DNA of 64,000 nt from Vicugna vicugna (GCA_013265495.1 MU061238.1:1-64000); one strand, 5' to 3'; shown: positions 50,375 to 62,460, counted from the first letter of the stretch. The notes: a model not told the origin generated them from the sequence alone. Numbers and translations: made by a program.

Positions 50375-50570
50375 CCAGGTTTTGTTCTAAGCACGTGGCA
50401 AATGTTAACTCAGTTAATCCTTTCAGCAACCCTCTGAAGTAGGTTTCATCATGATCACCACTGTTTTACAAATAAAGAAACTGAGGCCTAGGGAGGCTAA
50501 GTAACTTGTCCAAGATCACACAGCTGGTAGCAGAGCTGGGATCTGAACCAGAGTTCACGTCCTTTACCCC
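50375..50570 (-). mobile_element. MIR
   Basis: ttttacaaataaagaaactgaggc...aagtaacttgtccaagatcacacagct. Confidence 0.7.
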
Positions 50571-52526
50571 TGCACTCCTATGAGATGCTTCTCTGCACCC
50601 GAGGCTTTCTTCCTGGTCACAGGGCCAGGCCATGCTGCTGCCCTCCGCCCTGAGCCCCTTCTGCGTAGACGTTTACCCCTAAGTGGTGCTCAATTCACTG
50701 AGTCATCCCTGCCCCTATACACACCCACATGTCATCCCTGGTTAATCCCAGTAATTGCAGCGGGGCAAATTATAATTGTAGCAGCCGTAGCTAACATTTA
50801 TGGAGGGTTATTGAGCGTCAGGCACTATTACCATGTCATTTAATCTTTCCAGCCAATCCGCAAAGCAGGCCCTATTACCATCCTCATTTTACAACAGGGG
50901 AAAACGAAGCTAAGGAGGGTGGAATAAGGACACAAAGCCAGTCACCCAAGGAGCCGGGACTCCTCCAGGGGGTCAGACCTCAGAGCCCGACAATGAATCC
51001 TCTTCTCCGCTGCTCCATTGGTCGCCTTATAAATAAAGTAGTGATGCCCGCTCACATTCGTTGAGTATCTTCTCCATGTCAAGCCCTGCTCAGGGTGGGT
51101 ATCATCTCATTTAATTCTCAAACTGTTTTCTGAAGTTGGTCTCATAGATACATTGGCAGATAAGGAAATGGAGGCACAGAGAGATCAGAGTCCTTTCACC
51201 GCCTCACTTCAGTGTCCTTTGGGAATGAAGGACTCTCCCCCAGCAGCTGGGAGGGCTGCCAGCACCTCCCAGGCCATCACAGCCTGAAGAAAGCCAGGTC
51301 ACGCAAGGTTCTGCCCCCTTCCTGGGACAGCCTTTGTCCGATGACTGTCTTCTGTGGAGGCATAAAGCCTCAGCCCTCTCGCCCCGCTGGGGGCAGCTCT
51401 CAAGGGTCACTCCATCTTCAGAGGATGCACAGAGGCTGCGTCAAAGCTCGACTGTCCCCTGCCCCCACCCAGTCTGGCATCCTCCCTGTCCTTTCACAGG
51501 CCTTGACCCCAAAGGAATCCCCAGTAATCATTTCAGAGCTGCTTCCTGAGGCCCTGGACCAAAACAGTGGTGAGGCCAAGATCTGAGCCTGAGTCCTTCA
51601 CCACTCCTGTCAGTGGCTGGGCTGCAGCGATCTCTCCCCTGGGGCTTTGGCAGCCGCAACTTTAAGGAATGACGAGTGGGCTGCCTGGGATCCATGGGGA
51701 CTGATGCAAGTGGGGAGCCTCCTGAGGTCGCTTCTGCCACCAGGGAGTTCTGCTGGCTTCTGGGAAGCCCTTTCTCTGCACTGGTCTAATACCTCCCCTC
51801 TGACTCCCCTCCTCTGTATCCCCAGCCCAATGTGCTCCCTGCAGCTCCTGGGATCCCTTCTCCCCTGGAGCATCCCATCCATCCCGCGCCCAGGCACTCC
51901 CGTGGGACTCAACTCAAATGCCTGCTGTGGACAGAGACCCCACGGTGTCTGCAAGCACAATGGGAGGACGGACTTCCTCTGCATTTTATTGTTTCCAGAA
52001 GGCATGTCCTTGGCCATTTCCAGCAGCAGCAAATCTCCACCTGAGGGAAGACTTTTCTGTTCGCTGCCCCTCCCTACAGGCAGATTTGGGGACTCCCTCT
52101 CTGGACTCGTCAGGGCTTGATTCTTGCCCCATACCACGCGACGCTGGGATCAGTCAGTCCCATCCGAGTCTCTGCCCTTCTGTGAGCTTCTCATCTGAGG
52201 CCACCTGCTTGTCTGTGGTTCCGCAGCCCCCAGCGCAACCCCCGGCTCAGGCCGGGCCCAGGGCATGTGGTCAGTAGCTGGTCATTGCCCTCGTTCCTGT
52301 GGTTTATCAGCCCCTGTGGTCAAAGTTTTGATGGAGGAAAAAGCTAAAATCCACACACCTGAAATCAGGGTTTGGCTCTCTCTGTATTCCACGGGCCAAA
52401 GTCACCATGGTTTTTGTATAGGCCAGCCCTTCACATCCCTGAACTCATCTCATCTCAACTTCCCAGCGGCCTCGTGAGACGCGCGGTCCAGGAAGCCTCG
52501 GGGTCTCAGCTGTGTCTGTCTTTCAG

Positions 52527-52701
52527 ACCCTTCTGCATGGAGTTCGTGGCTGGCCTGGTGAAGTGGCTGGATTTGTCCGAAGCCGTCTTGCCAACCATGA
52601 CTGCTTTTGCCAGTGGCCTGGGAGGCGAAGGAGCAGACATGTTTGCTCAGATTTTATCGAAGGACCCCATCTTGAAGGACGACCCCCTGGTGATCACTCA
52701 G
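52527..52701 (+). CDS. TMCO4: TMCO4 second coding exon (RPFCMEFVAGLVKWL...DDPLVITQ)
   Basis: Acceptor tctttcAG|, donor CAG|GTACAC; 175 nt; frame joins the previous exon (AG+A = Arg) and ends in phase 0. Confidence 0.95.
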
Positions 52702-52869
52702 GTACACCCACCACCCAGGTGGCGGCTGCCGGGGGAAGTAGAACGAATTCCTTTCAAAGTCAGTCTGAAAACCGCTTCCAGTGGGGTAGGGGAGGTGAAA
52801 AAGTAAATATTTCATCATAATATCGTATGGTGATGATGATCTTAGCTAATGCTGAATTCTCATTATTGA

Positions 52870-53090
52870 ATACTTACCATTGATTTATTACTTAAACGGC
52901 ACCTATGATACGCTGACACCTTTACAGATATGAACTCATTTAATTCTCAGAGCAACTTTATTAGGTGGGTAGGATGATCATCCCCATTTTACAGATAGGA
53001 AAACAGGCACAGAGCTGTTCAGTGACTTGTTCAAGGTCACACAGCTGGTCTGAGCCTTGGCAGTCTGACTCCAGCGCCCACGCTCCTGAC
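52870..53090 (-). mobile_element. MIR
   Basis: atccccattttacagataggaaaacaggcacagag...caaggtcacacagct. Confidence 0.7.
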
Positions 53091-53410
53091 TGCCCAGCTG
53101 TGGTGCCTCCTCTTGGAAGTGCACACCTGCTCTGTGTGCACTTGAAGCAGGCAGCTTGTGACACAGCAGTTGGTGGGTCAAGGGAACAGATTTTAAAACA
53201 GTCCTTCCCCTCCTTCATCTGACTCCCTGAAATTCTCACACACTAACTCGGGAATTTGCTTGCTTGTTCCTCTGGCGCGCTGCTAGAATGCAGGGCAGGG
53301 GTGTTTTGTCTGCCCTGTTCTCCCGCTTAGTAAGAGTCAATAAATATTTGTCAAATGAGCAGGCTGGTTACATATTCAGCGTATGCTAATTCCTGTTTCT
53401 TTTCCCTCAG

Positions 53411-53438
53411 GACCTTCTGAGCTTCTCACTCAAGGATG
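53411..53438 (+). CDS. TMCO4: TMCO4 third coding exon, 28-nt microexon (DLLSFSLKDG)
   Basis: Branch point CTAAT at 53386-53390, long pyrimidine tract, CAG| acceptor, G|GTGAGT donor; peptide matches TMCO4. Confidence 0.93.
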
Positions 53439-55448
53439 GTGAGTTGATTTCTAAGTTCTATAAATTGTGGGCACGGATCTGCATGTCAGCCGGTGAAGCC
53501 AGTGGTCAGTGTTGCTCCTGTGGCCCTGTCCCCCGTGGCATTTTTGATGCAAGAGAGAAAAGGGAACCCAGTGCAGGCGGGGAGCTGGGAGCACTCCGTT
53601 CACACCAGGCGCCATGGGCTGCCTCTTCGTGGTTTTCACTGATTCCTCACAAGGCTCTGTTGTCTCACCTTCTAAGTAGCTCTTGAACCTGGCTCATCCC
53701 CTCTGATGTTTATTTGGGTGGCTCGCAGGGAGAAGGAGCACGGAACTGAAAATGAAATCCCAGCACCCTCTGCACCGTATAGTAAGGGACGTGTCACCAA
53801 CTCCCCACCGGGACCCTGGCTTGCGGGCGAATGGAAGGTAGGAAGAGGAGGAGGAACAGAATTTCAAGAGCAGGATCAGCATGTGCGGGAGCATCGCTGG
53901 GAAAGAGCGCTCAGGGGGAGGTCCCTGGGGCAGGAGCCCAGCAGGTTCTGCAAGAACCCAGGCGGTTCCCATGTATTTATAGTCTGAGAATTGCAGCTTC
54001 AGGGCTCAAACCCCAATGTACATTGTTGGCCCTACTCTCTCCAAACAAAATATTTTAAGTCCTGATCTCAGAGCTGAGTGGGAGCCCGAGGGTGATCTGG
54101 CCCAGCCCTGCTTTCAGGCAGGCACAGCCTTAAATAATACTTCTGTTTAGCTGATGTGGCCAGGGGGCTGAGTTCCGTCTGAGGATGTGGTGGAGCTGGT
54201 CTGAGAATGCTCATTTGTATCACTTTGTTTTTCAAGCAGAAGTAAGGGAAGAATAACAATGTCCGGTCCTCCTGGACACTCTTGGAGTGAGGGGTGGAGT
54301 TTGCATGGGGGTCCGAGACCCAGAGTGCCGGAGCCAGGGCAGCCCATCAGCACAAGATACCCGTATATTGTAATCATGTAACCACAAAGCTCCAGGTCTC
54401 AAGCGCTTGCTGTGTGCCCAGCCTGGTGCTACGGGCTGGCCTGGCCTGGAGCCCTCTCGGCCCCCTGAGGGATGCTGAAGGCCGTCGTTCCCATTTTGCA
54501 GACCTGAGACTCACCTGCCCAAGGTCATCTTGGATGAGCCTCTCATATTTCCAGGTGGAGAGATTGAGGTCCAGAGAGCTGAGGGGGCTTTCCCAGAGGC
54601 ACACAGTGGCAGAAACAGCCCACGAGTCAGAACCAGGTCTCCAGCCTCCTGGGCCAGCTCTCTGTCCCACTGCCTTACCTCTGGGGAGGAGAAGCCACCC
54701 CAGCGCTCCTGTGTCTCCCTGACTTTCCTCACCCAGAGAGTCGTGTTCATCCTAGCCCGCTTCCTGCCCCCACCTGCCAATCACAAGCCCTCCCGAGCCC
54801 CCAGGACACCTTCACTTACCCCTCTTTGCTGTGGGTGACCTTGGCCTGGCTCTCAAAGAATAACTGCACTGACCTGTCTAATATCGCCTGGTACTTCATG
54901 CTCTCCCTGGGACATTCTCATAGGCAGCCTCTAAACCAATATTGCCTTTTAAATTTTTCTTGAGAACAACCACCACTCACTAAGCACCTGTTAATGCTGG
55001 TTACTGGACCTGGCCCTTGTCAAACATTGCTGCAGTCCATCCTCACAGCCATCCTTTCGCGTAGGCACTCACACTTTACAGGTGAGTAGACTGAGGCTCA
55101 GAGAGGTGAAGTGCTGGCCTAAGCTGGTATGTGGCAGAGCCGGACATTCTGAAACATTTCTGTCAACAAAAACCTTAGCGGATGTTACTCACGAGGGTTG
55201 GGGAACACAGAGGTATCCCCACAGGAATATAATAACACCTCGTTTCTAAAGAACACCAGTCTCTGATAGCATCTGAGAGGTGCCTTTGTTTTATCTGAAA
55301 GCCCCACCAGACACCAGCATCTACAAACAGGAGTGGCTTCAGTGACACGCTGGGACCCCCTTGGGAGCAGGTGCTAGGACTGAGAAGTTCCCCAGAGGTC
55401 AGAGGTAGCTCGACCCTCAAGCCACCTAGCCCACCCTCTCATCACGCA

Positions 55449-55793
55449 CAGGTGACCCTTGGAGATATTGCAGGTTCAGTCCCGGACCCCCGCAGTAAAG
55501 CGAATATTGCAATAAATCCAATAAATCGAGTCACATGAATTTTTTGGTTTCCCAGTGCCTATAAAAGGTATATTTACACTATACTGTAGTCTATTAAAGT
55601 GTACAATAACACTGTGTTTAAGAAAAATACACATCTTAATTAAAAAGCAATGCTGTTGGAAAAACAGCGTGGATAGACTTGCTGAATGCAAGGTTGCCAT
55701 AGATCTTCAATTTACTGAAAAACAAAAAGAAAACAAAACACAATGTCTACAAAGCACAGTAAAGTGAAGCGCAGTGAAAATGAGGTCTGTCTG
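55449..55793 (-). mobile_element. Non-autonomous Tigger1 derivative (MITE)
   Basis: ggagatattgcaggttcagt start; gaggtctgtctg|TA end; reverse-complement homologue of 9351-9661. Confidence 0.85.
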
Positions 55794-55889
55794 TAGCTGA
55801 GACAATGAGGCCCCGAGTGGGAGTGGCCTGCCACCAGTTGTCATGTCCACCTCTGTCCTTGTTAATGAAGAACCAGAGACCAAGAACTG

Positions 55890-56100
55890 GGAGTATCTGG
55901 GGACTAGTCTACCTAGTGTTAAAATTCAGGCTCTACCTTGGCAAGTTGCTGAATGTCTCTGTGCCTCAGCTTTCTCAGGTATCAAATGGGAACAACAGTA
56001 CCCTTTATGTTATAGGGAAGTGGTGAGGATTAAACGAAGTAACCCAGGTACAGCGCTCAGAACAGAGCTGGCGTGCTGGGAGCAGACTGTGAGTGCTGCT
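55890..56100 (+). mobile_element. MIR
   Basis: ccttggcaagttgctgaatgtctctgtgcctcagctttctc...gtgaggattaaa. Confidence 0.6.
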
Positions 56101-56977
56101 GGGAACAGGGTTGGTGGTGAAACGGGGAAGCCCTGGGAACCAGGAAACCTGGATTCTCATCCCGTCTCTGAGACTCTCGTAGTGCGACCTTGATCAAGTC
56201 ACATAACTTCTCTGAACTATGACTTCAAATACAAATGAGAGGCAAGTACTAGAGGCTACTTCAGAGCAAAACAAAACAGCACTGTCTTTGGTCCTGAGAA
56301 CAGAGTCAGAGATCTTGTAAGGAGAAGGTCAGTGTCATAGTCGGGCCAGTTGTTCAAGTCCTTTCCCGCAGCTTCCATGAAGGCAGGGCCCTTTGTCTGG
56401 CTTATTCACCATCATATCCCAGTGTCTGCAGCCTGATGGAGACATGGTGGGCATTTACTGTTGGGTGGGTGGGTGGATGAAGGGATGCAGGGAGGGTTGG
56501 ATAAATGGATCAGTGGATGGAAGGATGAATGGGTGGAAGGACGGAGGGGAGGATGGATGGCCTTTCTTTAGAGCATGAGCTTAGACACTAGCAGGGTCGT
56601 TTGTCTGAACTCGAGAGTTAAACCGTCTTCTACAGAGACTGATGGGGTGGGACACGCAGTAGAAAAGGAGGCTGTCTGTCTGTGCTGTGGGATTCCTCTC
56701 TGATGCGAGACAGGGTGATTAGTCATGGAATCGGCCCAGGAAATCAATATGAAAAGCTGCATTTCTCAGAACTTCCTGGAAGGTTGACTTTTACTGACAG
56801 TATTGGGATCTTAGTCACAAAACAGTGCCATGTTGGCAGCTGGGTGGAATTTTTTGTGCCCGCCAATCATTTTCTTCTCCTCATCCAGTAACAACCCACG
56901 AAGCTTCTTGCCCACACAACTGGAAAAATAAGCCTTTTATATGCTGAAGGTTAAACTGAATCTGAGCTAACTCTCAA

Positions 56978-57188
56978 CTGGATTTCTCAACCGCAGCACT
57001 ATTGACATTTGGGACTGGGTAATTCTTGGTTGTGGGGCCACTCTGTGCATTGTAGGAGGTTTAGCCGCATCCCTGGCCTCTACTCACTAGATGCCAGTGG
57101 CACTTCCTGAGTTATGACACCAGAAGTGTCTCCATACATTACCAGATGTCCTTAGGGGGACAAAAACGTCCCTGGTTGAGAGCCACTG
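56978..57188 (-). mobile_element. MER20
   Basis: Near full length: tttctcaacc...cactattgacattt...ctagatgccagt...ggttgagagccactg. Confidence 0.88.
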
Positions 57189-57889
57189 ATCTCGAACCCC
57201 AAATCTGGCCATCTCAGGTGGGGCTGGTTTATTTGTAGTTGGTAGTCTGTAAGTTACCTAGCTGCTCTTTTAAGTCCTGTACCTAGATGATGATTTATTC
57301 ATCGTGTATAATCCTCAGGTCAGCTGCTAGAGAGGTTACTGTTATCCCCACTGATAGGAAGTTAGGCTCAGGAGGTACAGTGAGTAACCTGAGGTTTACA
57401 TTTCAGTGTACGTTTCAAAATTCCATTTAAGGCAACGAGTCTCGTGGTGAATGAACTCTGCATCAGGGCGCAAGAGACTTACACTGAATCATGGCTTTTG
57501 CCCTCTGAACTCTGAATCCAGAGATAGCATCAACCCCAGGCCATGAGACCCGAGGAGGGGCATGCCGCAGGAGACAGGGCAATCTTTACTGCAAACTTGA
57601 GTCTACTTTCTGACCTGGTGTTTATTACTGAACTGCAAACCCTACCTCCCCGATGAATCAAAAAGGTTTGAGATGTTGGTCTTTGGTCGTGGTGCAATGC
57701 AAACATTGTCTCTTGGTTGCTAGGTTCTCCGTCAGGATCCTCAAGATTTGTAAAGCTTGCGATTAGTATTGAAAGTGGCTGGTTCCTCCATTCAGCAAAT
57801 GAGAACTGAGCACCCGCTGTGTGTACTAGGCCCTCTGCTAGGCGCTGGGAGTAGTTCCAGTCAGGGCCAATACTCCCTGAGTGCCTACT

Positions 57890-58075
57890 GTGTGCAGGCC
57901 CTGAGCAAAGTGCTTTATAATTTGTTTAAACCCCTCAACAACCCCGCAGCATCTTGAAGATAGATGCTAATATTGTCTCCCAGTTTACAAAAGAGGCACA
58001 GAGAGTGAAATAACCCGTCCAAGGTCACACAGCTGGAGAGTGAGGGGCAGGATTCGAACCCAGGCAGTGTGTTTC
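57890..58075 (-). mobile_element. MIR
   Basis: gaggcacagagagtgaaataacccgtccaaggtcacacagct...ggattcgaacccagg. Confidence 0.7.
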
Positions 58076-58384
58076 CAGGGTCCACCCTTAAGCGCTGTTC
58101 TGCTTCCCTCTTGGAAATAAGTTGATAAATCCCTCATCCTTACAGCTGACTTTAAGGGGGTTTGATGAGGCCAAAACGAGGAGCGGGCGCCCCCTCTGGC
58201 AGGAGCCGGAGGAACCATCCTGCAGCTTCCGAGAAGGTGGCGCTGGAGGGGGACCTCAGAAGGGCCCCCTCAGCTCCCGTGACCACTGGCCTTCAGTAAG
58301 CCTGTTGCCCCCTTAACGCCCTTAACTGCTCCCCCCAAATAAACCGTGAAGAAAAAAGGCAGGAGTCACACCTGAAACAATCTT

Positions 58385-58431
58385 TTTTTTTAACATTTTT
58401 TATTGATTTATAATCATTTTACAACGTTGTG
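58385..58431 (-). mobile_element. 47-bp extreme 3' tip of a young L1
   Basis: Matches the start of the nested L1 at 21291; exact 12-bp TSD TGAAACAATCTT. Confidence 0.88.
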
Positions 58432-59289
58432 TGAAACAATCTTAAGTTCAACGTCTGCCCTGTGATGGGGTGCATCCTAAAAGTCCCGTCCCTCCAGCCG
58501 TGCTCTGCCTCACAAGGTAAAGACCCTGGGCAGACCTGGAAGATTCAGCCTTGTGCCCAGCAGGGGGCCGAGGGGTGCGCGAGACTGGAGTAAGGTATGG
58601 CTTCTTCATATGAAAAAAAAAATTCACTGAGGGTGAAAATGGGAATAAATATTCTAAATGTTACATAAAAGGTACTAATTAGAAAAGTTGGTCAGTTGCC
58701 GGATGGCAGTGCTGTGGGCTGGGTAAGTAGTTGTCTGAATATGGCCTGGAAGTGTCCTTGGACCCTCGGGAGAGGCGGGACGAAGGGTCCCCTTCCAGAC
58801 ACAGCAGCAGGCAGCTCGCCCCAGCAGCCCTGGCTTCTTAGCATCTAAGGACTGAGGAAATGTGACATTTAAATAAAAAGAGTACTGTTCGTCCACTTTA
58901 TTGAACACTCACTGCATCCTGGCTGCTGGCCAGGCTCATCACATGCAGCTCCTCACTGCATCTCAACAAAAAGCTAGATTCAAAAGATCCTCTTGCCCTC
59001 ATTTCACAGATAAGGAAACAGGCTCAGAAAGGTCAAGAAACTTGCCCGAAGCCATTCAGCTTGCAGGTATTCAGATGAAAACGCAAACCCCAGCCTGGGT
59101 GGCAACAAAGTCTAAAGTTTCTGCTTCTGAGTTCCTTTCCTTCGGTCTTGAGGGCAGCCTGCAAAGGGGAGGGGCTGGCCGTGACCTCTTCCCCAAGTTC
59201 TGGGGTTGAGCTGCTCTCCGAGGAGGTGCAAGGTCAACCCCAAGCTGGCCATCCAGGCTTGGTTCCCGTACTCAGAGCCATGCTGAGAA

Positions 59290-59470
59290 CAGGGGATGGT
59301 TCAATGTCTCGCAAAGGAGGTTGTACTGCCCCCTGGAGGGGTGCATTTGGAAATGTGGGGAGGGTGCTGTGGTTTTCACAATGCCCAGGGTGCGACTGGC
59401 ATTTAGTACCAAGCTCCAGGGGTGCTGTTCATCCTTCAGTGCACAGGACAGTGTTGGATGGTGACGTGCA
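59290..59470 (+). mobile_element. MER20B-like element
   Basis: gtactgccccctggagg...catttggaaatgtgg...ttttcacaatg...actggcatttagt...tgcacaggacag. Confidence 0.65.
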
Positions 59471-59912
59471 AAGTGTAGCAGCTTCTCTATTAAAATGCTG
59501 GTGGGAGAAGGAAACTGGGTTCTGCCTCTGGGTCTATCATGAACACACTGGGTGACTCTGGTGACCCGTCCCTTGCTCTTCCTAGGCCAGAGGGACCAGT
59601 CGGGCTCCAGGGGTGTCTGGGGTAAGAGCTAGGGCTGCCCAGCAGTTGTGGGAGGCCAGCGTAATCCTGCCTCCCTGGGACAGAGCCAGGGTCCCTGAGT
59701 CCGCCTCCCTCAACAAGATTTTCCAAAGAACAGGCTGCCTGGGTGATGGGTCTCTTTTACGTGCATCTGTGGCCAGTGGCTGTGCCTGGAATTGTGTGTG
59801 CAGCCCACATACCCCGTGCACACAGAAGAGCGGGTTCACAGCTCACCACGTGGGATTGACCTGAAACCCTCAATCCTCCTTGAATAGATTTGCCTTTAAA
59901 AGACAGCCACAG

Positions 59913-60023
59913 GGCGGGTGAGTATAGCTCAGTGGTTAAGTGTGTTCTTAGCATGCACGAGGTCCTAGGTTCAATCCCCAGTACCTCCATTTAAAATAAT
60001 AAAATTTAAATTTAAATTTAAAA
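59913..60023 (+). mobile_element. tRNA-Ala-derived SINE, short form
   Basis: TSD AAAAGA(C/T)AGCCACAG at 59898-59912 / 60024-60038; TT/AAAA site. Confidence 0.92.
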
Positions 60024-61129
60024 AAAAGATAGCCACAGTGAAATGAACAGAAACTTTGGCATGCTGGATTTTAATCCAAACCCCACCACTCTCCAGCTGT
60101 GCAATCTAGAAAGTTTCTTAGCATCTCTGCACCCATTTTTTTCTCTTGTGCAAAATGAGACATTGTAATACCAGCTTCCCTGGACCGTCGGGAGGATTAG
60201 CAATAGTGAATGCCAGCTTCTCAAGTGACACCCTGCACTTGGCAGGAGCACCATGGATGCTGCAGAGGCAGTAGGAGGAGGAACTGTCTTGATCACAGCA
60301 CTGCCTCCAGGCACGAGTGCACCCAGAGCTCCTCAGATCATGTGAGGCTGACTTATATTGCGACAAGGAGTGAGTTGGCTGCCTGGCAAGTTGTCCTCGG
60401 TAGCCCAAGACTCCTGTCCCTCCCCCACTACCCACCACCTGTGTTAAATGGAACCTCAGCTCCAAGTCCGGCAGCCTGGCTGTCAAGGTCCTTGAAATGA
60501 GCCGTACACGAGGCTAATGTTCCAGAGTCCCATGCCCGAGACTATCTCGGGAGGCTAATCATCTGGGCACCTGGCAGTCTATATTCCAGAAACTGAATTA
60601 CTGCAGCCTTGACCAATGGAGTATGAATTAGTGGCTGATTAATTGTCACCAATTCATCACCCTGACCAAGGCTTGCTTAATTTCCCCAGCTCGATTATGA
60701 CCTGGGTATAACAGTCTGTGATTCCACGGGGGAGCAGGGAGCTCCTTTGTTCATGGAGCTTTAACTGATCAATAACCAGCAGACATGGCATGTGGTTATC
60801 CACCCCCCCGGCACATGGACAGTGCCTCACCTAGAGAGGCAGCTGAAGGCAAGTGGGCTCTGGGGACCCTCGTTCATGGAAGGAACTGGCTTATTTTGCA
60901 GATGCTGAAGTAGTGGTAGTCACTACCACTTTAGTATAAAATTATTGCATAGGATGGTAGACACCCAGCAGAGGAGTCCAATTCTGCAACACTTATTAAG
61001 GGCCCGCCGTGGGCCCAGAGTCCTCTCCTTGAAACTTCGTGAGGTGACTCTTACTATGTCCACTTCCACCTGAGCGAGATGAGCTTTGCCCAAGGTTAGA
61101 CGCACAAATAGAATCCGTGCCCAGGTCTG

Positions 61130-61500
61130 TCAGGTCATTAGTTGAACATTTACCCAAATATAATATTATTTGCGCAGGGCAGCCTCCTAAGAACTGGAGA
61201 TAGAGCGGTGAAGGCTACCCTCAGAGAGTTTGTACCTCAGGGGGGAGAGACAACCAAACAAAAGTAAACAAATATGGTATCAGAGCAGGGCGAGTTCTGT
61301 GAAGAACAAGATGTGGGGCAAAGGGACAGAGTAATGGGGGCGGGGGGTCAGGAAGGCCTCTCTGGGCAGGAGGCATCTGAGCAGAGACTTGAATGAGGAG
61401 GAGGAGCCCCACCAGAAGAGCTGGAATGAGCCTTCCAGGTGGTGGGAACAGCTGGTGCAAAGTCTCCCTAGCAGGAACATTCTAGAAGGTGAGGTCATGG
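61130..61500 (-). mobile_element. L2 fragment
   Basis: gtcaggaaggcctctctggg...tctgagcagagacttgaatgag. Confidence 0.55.
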
Positions 61501-61806
61501 AGTTGACCAGGGACCTTCTAGTTCACAGTAGAGTTGGATTCCAATCTAATTGTGACATTACCTCCTTAACAGCTTCGGGATGTGAAAAATTGATCTTTGC
61601 TAATTCAGCTGGTGAAAAACGCCGCCTTGCTTCCGATTCATATTTTTAATAGTTGCACCCTGTTCCGCCCAGTTGTTCAGCTGACTGGTTCTTGCAGGGC
61701 TGTGCATTTAGGACGTTTCTAGGGTTTGGGTTTCATCAGTTGCACTGCTGTTAACATCTCTGTGCTCAGAAGCTGAACTGATTCCCGGCTGTTTCTGTCT
61801 TTCGAG

Positions 61807-61939
61807 GACGCTATGATGCGCGGGCACGAGTCCTCGTTTGCCACGTGACCTCCCTCCTCCGAGTGCCCTTGGAGGAGCTGGATCTCCTGGAAGAGACATT
61901 CCTTGAGAGCCTGAAGGAAAGCAAAGAGGAGGAATCTGA
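61807..61939 (+). CDS. TMCO4: TMCO4 fourth coding exon (RYDARARVLVCHVTSLLRVPLEELDLLEETFLESLKESKEEESE); gene continues beyond the window
   Basis: 133 nt; frame continues from the microexon (G+GA = Gly); donor GA|GTAAGG; acceptor is tttcGAG|. Confidence 0.93.
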
Positions 61940-62244
61940 GTAAGGGAGCCCTGTGACCCTGGCCCCGCCTGTCTGGAATCGAGGACTTCCACTTGAGTGC
62001 ACTTTTCAGCTGTCTGCTCCCTCCCCACATTAAGAGATGCTGCATGGAGGTGGAAGGAGCACTGGACAGAGAGTTCTAGTGTACCCCTGACTCGCTGTGT
62101 GTCCTTAACAAGTCACTTCCCCTCTCTGGGCTCCATCCTCATTTGTAGGGAAAGGGGACTGAATGGGTGATTGCTAAGGGCCGTGAGTCTGTAACTTTGA
62201 CAATCTGTGGCCCCAACACCCCACTCCATTTCAGCTCTGAGACA

Positions 62245-62460
62245 CCTTGTCCAAGGGCTGGAGTGGCCTGGGTTCAAATCCCACCTCTGACGCCCATTCA
62301 CTTTTTGACCTTGGGCAGGTGGTGCCCCCTCTTCTCTAAGCCACAATATTCTCATCTGTAAAATGGGAATGAGAATAGCACCCTGCTAGGGTCGTGGTGG
62401 AGAACAAGTAGTTATGCTATCAAGTACTCTGCCCAGGACCGGCACGTAGCAAGTGCTCGG
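62245..62460 (+). mobile_element. MIR
   Basis: cctgggttcaaatccc...tgaccttgggcagg...catctgtaaaatgggaat. Confidence 0.65.

Noticed and set aside
51610-52137. Overlapping 175-aa (-) and 157-aa (+) ORFs
   Set aside because: GC-rich intron, no homology I recognise, no splice or polyA support.
58187-58205. CTCF-like GCCAGAGGGGGCGC on the minus strand
   Set aside because: The 3' half is perfect but the 5' half mismatches at several positions.
3103-60023. Five tRNA-Ala(AGC)-like sequences as tRNA genes
   Set aside because: They have bulged acceptor stems, mismatched anticodon stems in the three copies I folded, A-rich tails and TSDs, so they are SINEs.
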